A stretch of DNA of 63,311 nucleotides, the filler included, from Intoshia linei (Eukaryota > Animalia > Orthonectida), in the NCBI GenBank assembly GCA_001642005.1. It is 6 parts of 6 records of this genome, joined end to end, with 100 filler letters (N's around TTAATTAATTAA, not from the genome) between each part and the next. Parts side by side here need not be neighbours in the genome. Positions count along the whole stretch, not along the records: positions 1 to 10,805 come from LWCA01001237.1; positions 10,906 to 13,527 come from LWCA01002265.1; 4 more parts are not named here. The stretch is one strand, 5' to 3'. Positions 1-13,414 of this stretch are shown one piece after another. Within the stretch, counting starts at the first letter, position 1; every line of letters starts with the position of its first letter. Made by a program: the position numbers and the translations under genes. Under the pieces are notes generated by a model that saw only the letters and a list, made by a program, of their open reading frames with translations, was not told the DNA's origin and searched no databases.

Positions 1-94
1 AACTAATTATTTTATTAATGTAATTAAAAAAAATTGAAAATAGCTCTGTGCACCTTCAAAAATTGATTATGCACCCCCAGTTAAGAACCACTGA

Positions 95-234
95 TTTAAA
101 GAATTGATAATAGTGGATAGTAACATTTTTAATTTAGATTTTCTTATTCAATTTATTTTTTTGGTAGAATTAAAAATGTCCGTCCTCAGCAGAGCTAGGT
201 GCTGTTTGTACGTAGTACAAAATAATCAACCTAG
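95..234 (+). mobile_element. 3' end of non-autonomous Helitron-like repeat family
   Basis: Conserved family terminus ...cagagctaggtgctgtttgtacgtagtacaaaataatcaacCTAG|t (CTAG at 231-234), the same as at 13775, 16152 and 62065 and as reverse complement at 8123, 33949, 44479 and 52568. Confidence 0.75.
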
Positions 235-299
235 TTTTATATAATTTTTGAATTTTTTTTGGTAAGTAAATGATATAAAAAGGCTAGATTAAAATATCA

Positions 300-690
300 A
301 CCTAATTTAGAAGGATGGGGAAAATCCATTTGTTGTTTGTATTTGCATATTGTGACAATAATATAAAGTTACGCGGCCGTATTTTGTGCATCCCGGAAAC
401 AATTACATACCGTCGTTATATCAAACTTTGGAAATCAATGATATGTAGTGTTTAACCTTATTAGAAAAGCCCATCATTTTTTTTATTTAGGTTTGTTCAG
501 TGTTCACCATTGTTTCTCAACGGATACGCTCAAATGTCCACCAAAATCTAAGTAATTTCATCAAAAAATAAGGGACATGGCATGACAGAAAAATTTGTTA
601 TACAGCAATTTCAGCAAAACACTATATATTTATCATCAAAAACGTTTTTAGGGTCAATACTCAAAAATTTAAGGCGACTGATAGTCTAAA
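300..690 (+). pseudogene. Decayed Ran-like small GTPase copy
   Basis: In Ran order across frameshifts: P-loop-like EGWGKS (313-327), FVHP (Ran EVHP), VQCSPLF (Ran AQCAIIMF), HDRKICYTAISAK (ISAK at 608-619; Ran HRKKNLQYYDISAK). Confidence 0.5.
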
Positions 691-3228
691 AAACAAACAA
701 CTAATAAGTAAACTTCAAAAATTTTAAAACTGATTATTTGGTTTTTCTTTTTCCTACTTCACATTAAAAATTATAATTTGCATTCTCAACTACAGTACAC
801 TACTATACTGTAATTCATTTGATTAAAATATTATTTGTTTCATCAAAAGACTACTTGATCCCATTGCCAATATCATTCAAAATATTTCATTGATAAGTGA
901 AAAACTTTATTTATATAAAAGTAGGATTTTGTATTGACAATGAATGAAAGTAATTTAGCTCTGACTCAAAGTTTTTGAATTTGAGTTGAAATACTGTTAA
1001 TTGCATTATTCTGATGTACGCTAGAGGCATTGATAATTGCCAGACATGTCTCGATTTAATTAGTGCATTTTAATCAAACAATTAATACGACCATGGGAGT
1101 GACAAATGTACTAGGTGAACTAGCTTTCAACAGTTTCGTGTGAGGTCTGATTGTAATATTGATATTGCGCACAATTGGCGAGAAGAGGTTAAGCACCACA
1201 AAAACTGAAAAGAGTATCTAAAATTTCACTAATAAAAATAAGGCTAGAAATATCCAATTTTTATTCATCGATAGCTGCTGCTTTGAGTATCGTGCATTTA
1301 TTATCAGCGTGAAAGCAATAGTTAGTAAAAATTAATAGAAATTAATTGAAAATGTCTGCTTGTTGCGCAATATACAATAATCACCAGTAGAACAATGTCA
1401 CTCTAAGTATATATTGTCCTTTAATTACTGTAGCAGCTATACGTCTATATCACTAGAAAGAATTGTATAATTGTTCGAGTTAGACAAAATAATTATAATT
1501 TGTTACTCCATTCGATCTCCATCATTTGTATAAATTATAAATATTCCTCTTATCAAAATCAATTTGGGTTTAAATTATAATTTTCATCTTAATTTCATTC
1601 TAGGATATGATATATTCTGACTAAACGGAAAACGACTGATAGTAATTCCTGTCAAGTAAGTTTGAGCGATATTCAATGTAATTTAGGGTTTGAAAGTTTG
1701 TTTGATTTGTTTTATCAAAATTGTTAACCTTAATTTCTGTTGTTCCAACAGGGTACATATAATTAATCGAGAATTGATTAAAATTGAAATATATAGGATA
1801 TTTAAAATTGGATACATAGTTGAAGGTATCAAGTAAGACTCATTAATGTTAAGAATCTAACATTACACCATATGTTGGTTTACTGCGCTTGAATTTGAAT
1901 AATTAACAGCCTGAAATTGAGTTTTGTAAGTTATGCAATTTATTCCATCTTTATTTTTATGTAATTTTGAAATTTAATATTGCGCTAATTTCACGACTAT
2001 TAATTGCGTTTAATACGTAATCGATAATTTGGATGAACAATCTTTCGTTCATTAACCTGCTAATTAAATATTCTATTTGCATCGAGTCTCAAAATTAGCG
2101 TTTTTTATCCACAAGTAAAACTAATTTCACTAAACTACTCTACATTGAAACTGATTATTAATTATTTGTCTATTCATAAAATGTTCTCAATATTGCTTAC
2201 CGAATTAATACATGCCTTGCAATCTATAGCTTTCAAATAAAAATTAAAAATTTAAGCCAATTTTATTTAATGGCTTAATTGTAACTACACTTTCAAACAC
2301 TCCTTCAATGTTATATACATCTTTATATAATTTTTTTAAATTACTCAACTTTCATTTAATCAGTATCATTAGGTTTTCATTTCAATTTACAGAAATATAT
2401 TTCTGTGACCAGAATTGCCATCAATTTAAAGGTTTTTCATGTTTATATATTATAGCAAAGTAAATTTGTAAATTACTTTTTTTTGTGGTTACTTTGCCTT
2501 TTTTCATTTTATTTTATTCATTATTATTAAATTATGTCATTTGGTCATTTTTTTATTCTTTTGTAAATGCAATGCCTTGAATTGATATAAACCATTGTTA
2601 TTTAAACTGTTTTGGAGTATATTACTTAATTGTATTTTTAATTACATCCAAATTTCTAAAAATATTATTGATTTTTACAATTTATAAAATCATTTTTTAA
2701 ACGACTTTTTACGTAAAATTGAATATTGTGTAATGCACAAAATATATAATTCAATACGACTATGTAAATTATAATTTGTATAATTACAACCAAATTAGAT
2801 CGATTTTAAATTTTAGTATTTCTAAATTTGTGTTTCGTTAAAATATTTGTATTTCATAATTCAGATATTAATTAAATTATTGTATTTTTGCAGCATAATA
2901 CAACATAAACAGTCTCTAATTTTGTCGAATTTAAATTTCCAAAATTATCATGTATTGTTAATTCTTATTTTAAGAAATGTATATTTAGATACATTTTTTT
3001 TTATTTGGGCTACGGTTATTTTGCTTTGGAAATTTTGATATTTGTTTGACAATTTAAATTTTAAATTCATAAGTATGTAAATATATTAATTAAAATTTGT
3101 TAAATATTGATATATTCGATTTTTCAATTTTTATTTGAAAAAATTTTTGACAGAAACTTTAAAATATGAACTAAAATATTAATCTTATTTGCTACAAAGA
3201 ATGATATACAAAAAGTAACCCAATATAT

Positions 3229-3438
3229 TAAAAAGGATATTTTTAGTTTTAGGTTTCTTATTATAGATATTCTCTATTTATATAGTCATGTTTGCATTTA
3301 ATATGGTCATATTTGAATTTAATATAGTCATTATGTTTATTATTAGTCATAGTAATTATGACTATATCAAATACAAACATGACTATATAAATAGAGAATA
3401 TCTATAATAAGAAACCTAAAAAGAAAAATATCCTTTTT
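3229..3438. repeat. Foldback / MITE-like long inverted repeat
   Basis: aaaaggatatttttagttttaggtttcttattatagatattctctatttatatagtcatgtttg pairs almost perfectly with caaacatgactatataaatagagaatatctataataagaaacctaaaaagaaaaatatcctttt (~65-bp arms). Confidence 0.85.
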
Positions 3439-5004
3439 TTTGAATATTATATGCTTATTTTTTAAAATTGTTACCATTTTGATAATGGCAAACATTCATA
3501 GGTTTTGTATGCAAGTATGGAATGCTTTATTTATTTATTAGATTATATAACTTAGCTGTGCAAAATAAGCATAATATAAAATTGTTGACACCACTGATAT
3601 AAAATATTATTATTTGCAGTAGCTGGGTACAAATCGATGTGATTATACCAATATCCTATTTTTTATTTTAATTTATGTTAATGATACCTATAAAAATATT
3701 TATAATTTTAATTCTTTTGATCAAATTTTTTAATTGGAACAAGACAAATTTTATTCAGATTCAATTCCGTCGATACTTATTTATTCACATTTTTTAGTGT
3801 TTAGAATATTTAAATAACATTTTCTATAGATACATTAGTATTTATGTAACGTATTGATTTTCCAATACAATGCAACATGCATTTTTATACATGTTAGTTT
3901 TGCTTGATATTAAATTGGCATACCCTCAAATTATCTGATTGAATTAATTCAATTAGTGCACAATTTTCTCAAAATAATTCAAATTGTAAAAACTGTTGGG
4001 ATTTTTGCTAACTAGAGATGCGTTCTCTCTAATGTATTTAATATATGAACTCTTTCAAATATTTTATTTTAAGGACATCACTAATTTTATTAATTTTGAA
4101 CGAATATGCTTAATTTTGTATGGATTAATACTGTATTTAATAATTTAAATTTTCTCAGTTTTGAATTAACGGTTAGCTATTTATTTCATAGTTCATACCC
4201 TTGAGGTTACAATAATAAATTATTGCAATCATTCATAATTATTTTACTAATATCTTATTCATTTTCCCAAATATCATCACTTATTTATAAAGACTGTTAA
4301 TTTATTCATTTTAATAATTAGTTCAATCACCGTTTATTAATTTTTTGGCTTTTATTTTGATCTGCATTTTAATGAAATGCTATATCACGTCGAATTTTTT
4401 TAAGTACAAAATTATAATGAGACTTAATTTCATCATTAATTTTATATGCTGATTTCATCACTATTTTATGGACTTTAGTAATGTTAACTTTAATTTTAAA
4501 ATTCTCTAAAATGGTCAGCTCAATTGAATGTACTGTTCTATAAAAGAATAACATGAAAAATATAAAATTTTATTATAATATATAGTTTTTATTGAGTACA
4601 TCATTAAGTACATCATTGCCACTTATTCTGTAGAGATTTTCATTAAATCTTATTTTTACATGAAAATTTGAATGCATGAAATTACACTGTATATTAACAT
4701 ACAATTTTACAACATGATCAATCCAGAATCTATATTAAATTATGTTTATTGAAAAATTGATTGTATAACCAACTTAATTGTTGTTTCCGTATATCGTAAT
4801 TCATGTATATTGATTTTTGATTTTTAAAAGTTTTCACGTTTGTATTTGTATTAGTACAATGTTAATTGGCAATATCGCATTGATTAAGGTAGGTTTTATT
4901 TCTATCATTATTGTTCTTTGTTGGGTTATAATCTAATTTGAATGTATTGATATATAATGTGATGCGGACAACTGGAAAGTTTAAAAAGGGACAAATGTAT
5001 GTAG

Positions 5005-5420
5005 ATGAGTGGTTCTTAATAGAGGGAATTTTACTATTTGAAGGGGGAATTGAATATTCACAAATTAATCCATTAAAAATATATTAATGATTCGTGGGCG
5101 ATCGATGCATAGTATACATTGTATTTATTGAAGAATCAATAATTAAATTTTGGTCTAAGATATGTAATTTATACCTGAATCTCGGAGAAAAAATTATTAG
5201 AATTCTGTTACTTTTCGCATCAACGTACTTATGTGAATGTGGATTTTCTACTCTATTAGACATAACAAATCAAAAAATAAGCAGATTAAATGTTGTTGAC
5301 GATTTACGTTGTGCTCTTTCTTCTACTCAATTTCGTATTTTTAAATTAACAAAAAATAAATCTGGTCAAAATTATCATTGATTAAAACTAATCATTGTAA
5401 ATCAGGGGTAATCAGTTTTT
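5005..5420 (+). mobile_element. hAT (Buster/Charlie-type) transposase C-terminal dimerisation-domain fragment
   Basis: ORF 5094-5381 contains FW...RILLLFASTYLCECGFSTL...K.SRLNVVDDLRCALS, the typical hAT dimerisation motif. A hAT-like end (agtggttcttaa) lies near 5008. Confidence 0.85.
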
Positions 5421-8122
5421 TTTAGACTAACGCTTCTAAACATGAGTGATATGATATGAAAATGATATTGTGTACATGGATTAATAATAAAATTTACTTA
5501 ACACAATTTAAAATTGAATAGATAACTTTTCGGGTGTAACTTACATAATTTGAAAATTTTTTATATGATAAAGTAAATATATTTTTTTTATAAATTTTAT
5601 AACGATATATCGATTTTATGTTCTTTGTTTTCCACAATTTTCGTATTGTATCGAATCACTTGAATTTTTAAAAACTACGTTCACGTTAGATTTTTCCATT
5701 GCATCAAAGCATCAAGCAGGTCTGTAGAGAGCCAACAATAGGACAGGGCAGATGGAAATTGTAGACCCTTATTAAAATTTTTTAAAAAATCGGACCGTTA
5801 TACATTGCTTAAGCTATCGTTCATTGTCTAAAAATTAAAAATAACTATTCAAAATTGCATTGGTTATCGAAATTTTGGTATACTTAAGAAATTTTCCAAC
5901 ATTACCTATTAATATATTAAAAAAGTAGGTCCCTCATGATTGTAGGCCCGGGCCCTTATTGCACAACAGTGATAATGAGTATTTTATAACATTGGAGCTT
6001 TATAAATTAATTAATTATACCTACTAATTTTTAATTCAGGTTATTTTAATCGATGTTAACCTACATAAATTTAATATCCATCGAATAATAATATATATAT
6101 TTTATTGTTATTTTTGTTTATTCTAAAAAAATTCAATTAAATTATCATTACAATATGTAAAATCAATTTTAAATCTAAAAATATATATTTAGTTAATTTC
6201 TGAAATACACATGTATTGCAATTTTAATAATACAGTACTGTACTTCTTAAAAATATTTTTTATATTAATCACATTATTTTTTTTTGTTAAAATTCTAAAG
6301 ATATGGATGTATTAAGTTATTATTAGAATAAATGAAATTTACGTTTTTGTTATAATGATAGTTATCGATTCGTGTAGTGAATGTTTTTACTAACATTTTG
6401 ATTTCATTACTTTTTCATATTAAAGTTCAAAATCGTTATGTTCAAAATGTATATATTTTATCCCTCAATATAATTAAGAGGATATTTCAAAGAAAACATT
6501 CATTTTTATTTCAACTGTCTGTAAATTTAAAATTCTGTAATTGTGAATCAGTTTTTTTGGGTGCCGTGAAAAAAGTGTGGGAACCACTGATCTATATGTT
6601 AATTTTTGATCAACGAATTTGTATAATACTGGAATTTACTTACCCTATTTTCTATTATTATTATTCTTAAATATAAATATAAAATATTACAATATTTTAT
6701 AATTTTTTTAAGGGATGCAGCTGAACATCAGAAAAGTCATTATAATTAGTTATTAAAAATAAATACGATTTTGAAATTAGCAGTTTTGAAAAACTCAATT
6801 ATAACTAAACTATAACTAATGAATAAGTTAATAGTTGTTTAATTTCATTATTTATTGGTCTTAATTTTTTTCTTTTTGATTAATACATCTATTGCCATCA
6901 CTGACAATCATTTCAGTTTTTATCTAGAGTGGTGAATGAAATGTTTTTTGATGAAAATGCTAAAATTTAAAAGGTTCCTCTATCATGGAATTTAAAGATT
7001 TTTGACTTTTGAATTTAAGGATTAATTTATCCAAATTGCCTTTTTTAGCTGATATTAAAGTATAATTTTTAATCAAAATCTCGCACCACCTAGATAATAT
7101 CGACATTTAGAAACAGTAAAACATTTAGAATATCTTAGAATGTAATTTTAAAACAGAATGGAAAAAAAGCAAAACGCATACCTGTAAATAGTGACACCAA
7201 AATTTGTTATCTTTTTATGTACTTAAAAATAATATATTTAGTTTTTGAATTTTTTTAAGGGTTTATTATTATTAATGAATTGATTGCAAATCAATTAGTT
7301 TCTTCCATTTAATTTAAAAATTAAAACCCTGCTTTCGACTTTTTAATATTTTTTCATTGTTTAATTTTTCAAAAAATATAATTAATAGTTTTCGTTTCAA
7401 TTAATTTAAATTCCTGATGTTAACAGTATATATTCCTAAAATCTGGAGTGACGGTATAGAATATAAGTTTGGAAAAAATTTGTTTACTCCACATCAAAGA
7501 TCATTCGTAAGAAAATCAGGTTGAATTTTAATCAATACATATTATTCTAGATATGATTTAGGGTTTGGTAACCACGCGATCACTTAATTTTATTTTTTAA
7601 ATAATTTTGAATTTATTTATTTTCTAAAACAATATAACTCTTGTGATACGGTTCACGAAAATGTTGTATTATTAAAATGGGATCGCATGTAAGGCTAATA
7701 TACACTGCATGATCTAGGGCTGTATGAAATTTTAATGTAACATAATATTCATTATACAGTTACGACTAGCTGAAATTATAGCAAACATAATCGAATTAGT
7801 GCAATGTACACGATAAATTTCCGTTGGTGTCATATTTTAATCATTGGTGTAATTATACATATAAACATGTGTTTTAATGGTATATGATTCTAATCATTAC
7901 ACTGTTCAACAACATGCAATATTGTTTCGACCTCCCAGGATATTGTTGATTCGACCGACAGATAAATTGAAAAAATCAGAATTACAAAAAAAATAGACAT
8001 TTTGATGCATGACAATTATGAGGGCTTTTTAAAAAAAGTGTTAAAAAAGTATTGTCCAAATATCATCATCATTATTTACTTTATCGTTATTATATCGTTA
8101 TATTTATTCGTTGTATATATAA

Positions 8123-10085
8123 CTGGGTTGACCGTTATGTACTACGTACAAACAGCACCTAGCTCTGCCGAGGGCACATTATTATACCAAAAAAATAAAT
8201 TCACGTTGAACATCTAACTTAAAAATACTACTTTCACTATTATCAATTCTTTAAAGGAGTGGTTCCCAAACTTGTTTCAGGTGGAACCATCATATCACAT
8301 TACTTTTTACTTTAAAGTGAATTATTCCATCTTAATTTTTATTGTTAACATTTGCGTAAAGAATTTTAAAAACAATTGTTATCCGATTTTTTTAATTTAT
8401 TAGACAGAATGTATGTATAATATTAAAAATAAGGTAAAAACAGTCCAATCCTAAAAATTGTCATAAATAGTATAAATTCCAGAAAAATAAATTATAAAAA
8501 CCTATTTTGTCATTTTCAATGTGATGATATATATTCAGTACCAATTTAATAAATAGTTAAAAATACCAATTATGTATCAATAATTAACCGAATCTTCACT
8601 TTATAAACATATTTCAGGTGAATTTTACCAATATTGCAAATGATTGTAATAAATATAAAAATGATAATATAAATTTGTATTACTTTTAGTTTTGTTGTTG
8701 TAGTTTAAATTTGAAACAAAATGTTTTGAAAATAAGAATTTAAAAATTGCGAAGGAATGAATTATATAGATTTTCATTCATATTTCTTTATTAGAAATAT
8801 ATAGACGTTTAATGCACATTTTTTTGAAATTGTAGGATCAATATTTTATTTCAGTTAATACAATTTCAATTTTTATTTTAATCGAAATGTTTGAAAAATT
8901 ATTTTTCACCAGGAATATGTGGATTTATGCGATTCAAATTTGTATTTGTATCAACTGGAATAAGCTCTATCAGAATATTTATTTTTTTTTTAATTTTCGG
9001 ACCGTTAATTATTTCACAATTTAGTTTTAATAAAATATTTCGAAAAAATACAATTCAATTTTTTAAATTTAGGGCATAAATGTAAAGTGAAAAAAATTTT
9101 GTATTGAAAATTCAATCGTTGATAAAAATCGAACTAAGACAGCTAGAATAAAAATTAAAAAACTAATATGTTTAATTATAAACGGTTATTAACATAATAC
9201 TCTGTAAACCATGACAATTCACTATAACACTGTTTTAAAAAAATAAAGTTATATTTTAATTTTATTATAAGATTTGTAATGATTGATTTAAAATGTTAAA
9301 CCCACAGCGAGTAGATATTTTTGTCAAATAAAATTGTATATTAATTGGTTTTTCCCTAAAATACACCATTTGCAGGCTAAGCATTAGGGATGTTCCAAAA
9401 TTTTATAAATTAGGTCCAAATACTGATAAAGTTGCGTGTGATAGTTTTTATGATAATCGTTAAAAGAAGAAAAATTTTTGAAAATTTTTGATTATCATAA
9501 AACTATCACACGCGACTTTATCAGTATTTGGACCATGAAATTTTGAAAAAAAGTATATAAAATCATTCTTACTAACCATCCTTGATTCTTTGATGGGTGT
9601 GACACCCTACTGTATATGGATACTAAAATGCTTTTTTGACAGTGAAGGCGTCACTTATTCAGATTGAAATTTTTTATGTGTGTTAACAGGATGCAACTGT
9701 ATCATCTGTGAATTTTTTGAAATTCTAGGGCTGTTTTTATTAAAAAAAGAAGGATAATTTGTGGTTTTGGCCCTGAAGATATAATTTAATATAATAGATA
9801 TAATTAATAGATATAATTTTTTTAAATTTAAATTTATGATAATGTTTATGATTTTAAAATCCACATCAGCGTGTATATTTTTTTAAATTCTCCAACTCGT
9901 TTGATTTTCAAAAAGAGGGACAACTAGGGTTTTTGACCCGTAAGATGTGAAACTGGGAGGTTGAAATTATGTTTGCGCACACCCGGAAAAAACTGTAACT
10001 GAAATGTGGACTTTATAAAATTCTAAAACGGGTAGTTATTTAAATACAGCGTAACACACACAAACAAAAATAGCGTAGCATATTA
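8123..10085 (-). mobile_element. Non-autonomous Helitron-like element (~1.9 kb) with nested MITE at ~9385-9610
   Basis: Extensive identity to 44479-46156, 52568-54187 and the reverse complement of 14950-16152. The hairpin/CTRG end is at 8123; the other end is interrupted by a CAC-terminal element at 10086. Confidence 0.8.
9385..9610. mobile_element. hAT-type MITE (TAGGG termini) with internal ~50-bp-arm inverted repeat at 9413-9534
   Basis: ggtccaaatactgataaagttgcgtgtgatagttttta...aaaactatcacacgcgactttatcagtatttggacc. The end cttgattctttgatgggtgtgacacccta is shared with elements at ~54804 and 56100. Confidence 0.7.
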
Positions 10086-10805
10086 CACTGTCTGACATTG
10101 AAAAATTGATCTCAGATAAAATTATATATTAATAATCCTTATTTTTTCACGGTTACTATGATATGCTTCGTATCAAATATACCGCTCGCAATCGGGAATA
10201 ATTCCACTAATCCTTTTTACATAATAGGATTATGTTGCCTATGATATTTACTAAATATACTTTTATTTATTTATTGTTTATTTTTGATTATAAAAATGAA
10301 TTGTAATTATTTTAAAACAAAACACATTTTGTCACATATGTGGTGTTTATTTAATTTTAAAAAATAAAAAATACGAATTTTCTGAAAATTTGATGAACTT
10401 AACCATTTAAAATATGAATGCATTGTGGAATTAAATGATTGGACACCTTACTTTATGTGTTCAAGCTGTCATGCGTCTTTATATCAAAAAAATAATAAAT
10501 TTGCGAAGCCTATAATATGGACAAAAATTTACATGTGATTTTGATTGTTATTATTGCAGTTGTAATCAATACCTAAAAATAATTGCACAAATTGATCCAA
10601 ATATCCAAATCTACTATCATCGACAATTTTAATTTCTCGAAAATTCATCGTGGAGACTAATCCATCAGATGCAATAGATGAATCATCGCAATCATTAATT
10701 AAATCTAGTTTGGAGTTTGAACTTTCTCAGAATTCTCAAAAGGTTTTAAACACCAATCTCAATTGGATGAAATAATTGTTTCAATGAGATTGACAAAAGA
10801 TAAGT
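10086..10805 (+). mobile_element. Chapaev3-like (CMC) DNA transposon 5' part with frameshifted transposase
   Basis: TTA|CACTG terminus. Translation FCHICG...WTP..MCSSCHASL...KFAKPIIW...DCYYC matches the FCYICG/WAPH..C..C/PMVW/DCYFC N-terminus of this family. Near-identical to 39314-39719. Confidence 0.7.
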
Positions 10806-10905
10806 NNNNNNNNNNNNNNNNNNNNNNNNNNNNNNNNNNNNNNNNNNNNTTAATTAATTAANNNNNNNNNNNNNNNNNNNNNNNNNNNNNNNNNNNNNNN
10901 NNNNN
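10806..10905. other. Assembly gap with artificial TTAATTAATTAA linker (also ~13528-13627, 35063-35161, 39720-39819, 50522-50621)
   Basis: An identical N-run/TTAATTAATTAA/N-run cassette occurs five times. Confidence 0.97.
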
Positions 10906-11700
10906 CTGAATCAAATTGGGTACCTTGATCGGTGTGAATTTGATTTGGAACACCATACCTTGTGACAATATTATTTAATATGTTATATGCAACACAATCC
11001 GCCGTTTTTTCTTCAATAAGAAAGATTTCAGGCCGACCAGTAAAATGATCGACCATGACCAATAAATAACGATTTCCGTTTTTGGAAGAGTGTAATCAAT
11101 GACGATGACAAAGGTGTTCGACGTAATAATCGTAATATAAACGGTTTCAACGGCAGACACAACGGATTTTACTGTTAAGAAATAACTCAGTAGTCGACAC
11201 ATCCACAAAAGAACATTCAATATAAACAGATATAAACGAACGCGTGACTTAACTAACAGAATTTCGGGACAAATGCGACGTCTAAATTTAGTTTTTAAAG
11301 ATTACAGCAATTTCATAGATACATTGAATGATTACATGTCATCTGCAAAATTACCTTAACCACTTAAAATCGGTTAATGCTATCATCGATTCTGCAAAAT
11401 TAAATACAACGAAAATTATTATCGAGTCATTCTATTAAATGACCTTGTTAGAAACTTATGTAATTCTGTATTGTTACAGGATTTAACAGTTTAACATTTC
11501 AAATACTTATTTACTAATAAACCCGGCACAGCTGGAAGTTTTTGAAGCAATAATAATAATGGAAAAAGTAAACATTTCAATACACCATCCAGCATTCGTT
11601 TGCAGGTTGCTGGTCCGTTCATTAAACCATATGGCATTACTTTAAATTGATAAAGGAATTTGCCAGAAACCTGAGCAAAAGTCAAAGGTAGAAAAATATT
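10906..11700 (-). mobile_element. Decayed Ty3/Gypsy pol (RT fragment and integrase core)
   Basis: RT motif YQFKVMPYGLMNGPAT (11491-11685) and integrase VMVDHFTG..E...TA..VA...RYGVPNQIHTDQGTQF (10906-11062). The RT-then-IN order is Gypsy-type. Confidence 0.88.
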
Positions 11701-11839
11701 TATGTCCTTTTAAGCTATCAAAGACATGAGTTGTTTTGGAAACAGGATAAATGTCTTGTTTGGTGTGTACATTTTTACGTACCGTAATTTTTATTCTATA
11801 TATATAGCATATATTTCTATTCTTAAGTCCTAGTAGTTA

Positions 11840-12660
11840 TATGGAACAGAAAAAATCAAAACCGGAGATCCCAAACAATTTGAAATTACAAATTCCAATC
11901 TTTGATAATTCAGATATTAAGACGTGGTGTAATCGCATTGAACTATGGTCTAATTGTACAACCGGCTCTCAGTCCGAATAGGTGATATTAATAATATTTT
12001 CATTAAAAACAGAACTACGAAAAATAATTTTACATAAAGATGAAACACCAAAAAAAGTCAATAATTTGCTAGCCATTATCACACAATCTTTTGGTATTAA
12101 GAATTTATCAGCAGTAGAAGCTTGTAACAAAATCTGTCGTTTATTTTAGTCCCAAATACACTCTCAAATACTTTTCTCCTCCTCGACTATTTATCTCGAA
12201 AGTTAAATGATTAACAAAAATTGCTTTCAAAAATGAAAAAAACATATCACGATTGACATATAAGTTTGCCTTAGACGCGGTCAAAAATGTAAATTTAAAT
12301 GTTTATACGAGTATACTGCATCTATCAACCAATGTCAATTAATTTATTCAATTGATAAAATTAAATCCACCTTTAGAACGACCTTAAAATTATAATGATA
12401 AACATCTGGATAATATCAATAAAAGGTTTGAAATGAGATTTAATAAAGCAAATAAACAATTTAGAAATAATAATCATGATCGCACGTTAAATAATGTGAA
12501 TAAATTCGATGCTCTGAAAGAGTATGTTAATAATAAACAAGATGATCAAAGCAATGATAAAGTATGTTGTAACTGTGGTACGCGCTACGCGGTACACAAG
12601 CTGAAAAAAAATGATAAAACAATCAATCAACAATGTGAATTTACTAGTACGCAGAGATAA
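11840..12660 (+). mobile_element. Decayed LTR-retrotransposon gag-like region
   Basis: MEQKKSKPEIPNNLKLQIPIFDNSDIKTWCNRIELW... resembles a capsid-like start, carries internal stops, and ends in a degenerate zinc knuckle CCNCGTRYAVH. Confidence 0.55.
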
Positions 12661-12883
12661 CTATATTAAAGGTATATTCTGGAATCTTTCTTCGCAACGT
12701 CATTACAAATGTTCTTACTGGGTAACACTGATTCATTTATATCATTTCTAATAAATATATCACCCTTGTATGTATATATGGCTTTTACACAAGGAAAATT
12801 AATCATACCCAATAGAATTCGCAAATTATTGAGTGTTAGTTACTGATGTCAACAAACATATCGCAAACATTAAGGAAAAATAA

Positions 12884-13414
12884 GTGTTCGAGAAAAAGAT
12901 CGGCTCTAGTATTGACAGACAAGTTAATTTAAATAATTTATTGGTAACATATGGTAAAAACGTCAACGATGTCAACATGCCTAATGCAAATGTAGCGGAT
13001 AACGTCGATGATTTGAGACGTGTGGCTGTTGATAATGGTAATGTTAATCAAAATTTTCAACATCAAAACGGGTCATACTTGGCTGTAGTAGATAGAAATT
13101 TCTTAAATGAATGTGCGGCAAGATTTAATACTAACAGACCTTCGGATATATTGATAGTGACCACAAAATTATTGGAAAAAGAACAGAATTACATGAATAA
13201 AGCATTCAGTAATATCAAAATCATTTACGACGACACTGGGTGTAAAACTGGACACGCTTTCGCTCGAGTAGCATCTATGCTCACTCGATTAAGAATTAAT
13301 CATATTTTGATAACATCTAACGTTTCAAACGACACGGTACTAAATATCGCATCTTCTAGATGGTTGATAAGGTTGAAATTTTTCACGAATTACACTAGGC
13401 TTGTCTTAAATTAG
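12884..13414 (+). other. Endogenous viral element: N-terminal capping methyltransferase fragment of an alpha-like (virga/nege-like) +ssRNA virus replicase
   Basis: RPSDILIVTTKLLEKEQNYMNKAFSNIKIIYDDTGCKTGHAFARVASML..DTVLNIAS aligns by eye with tobamovirus [52 protein letters not shown], including the invariant His. Intronless and less AT-rich than the flanks. Confidence 0.65.

Noticed and set aside
170-234. Conserved ~55-nt GC-richer motif recurring about 10 times as a possible CRISPR repeat or ribozyme
   Set aside because: The copies are dispersed on both strands with no spacer periodicity, lack a hammerhead core, and always sit at the end of the larger repeat.
2847-3038. Numerous 60-95 aa F/I/L/K/N-rich ORFs in the supplied track
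   Set aside because: They are expected by chance in very AT-rich DNA or fall inside non-coding repeats, and they show no motifs.
8002-8217. Repeated peptide YYVQTAPSSAEGT in ORFs 8002-8217 and 44349-44576
   Set aside because: It is an antisense translation of the Helitron 3' terminus, not a gene family.
10806-10905. Recurring TTAATTAATTAA between N runs, and ORFs ending in X...LIN
   Set aside because: This is an artificial scaffolding linker. Adjacency across the five gaps cannot be trusted.
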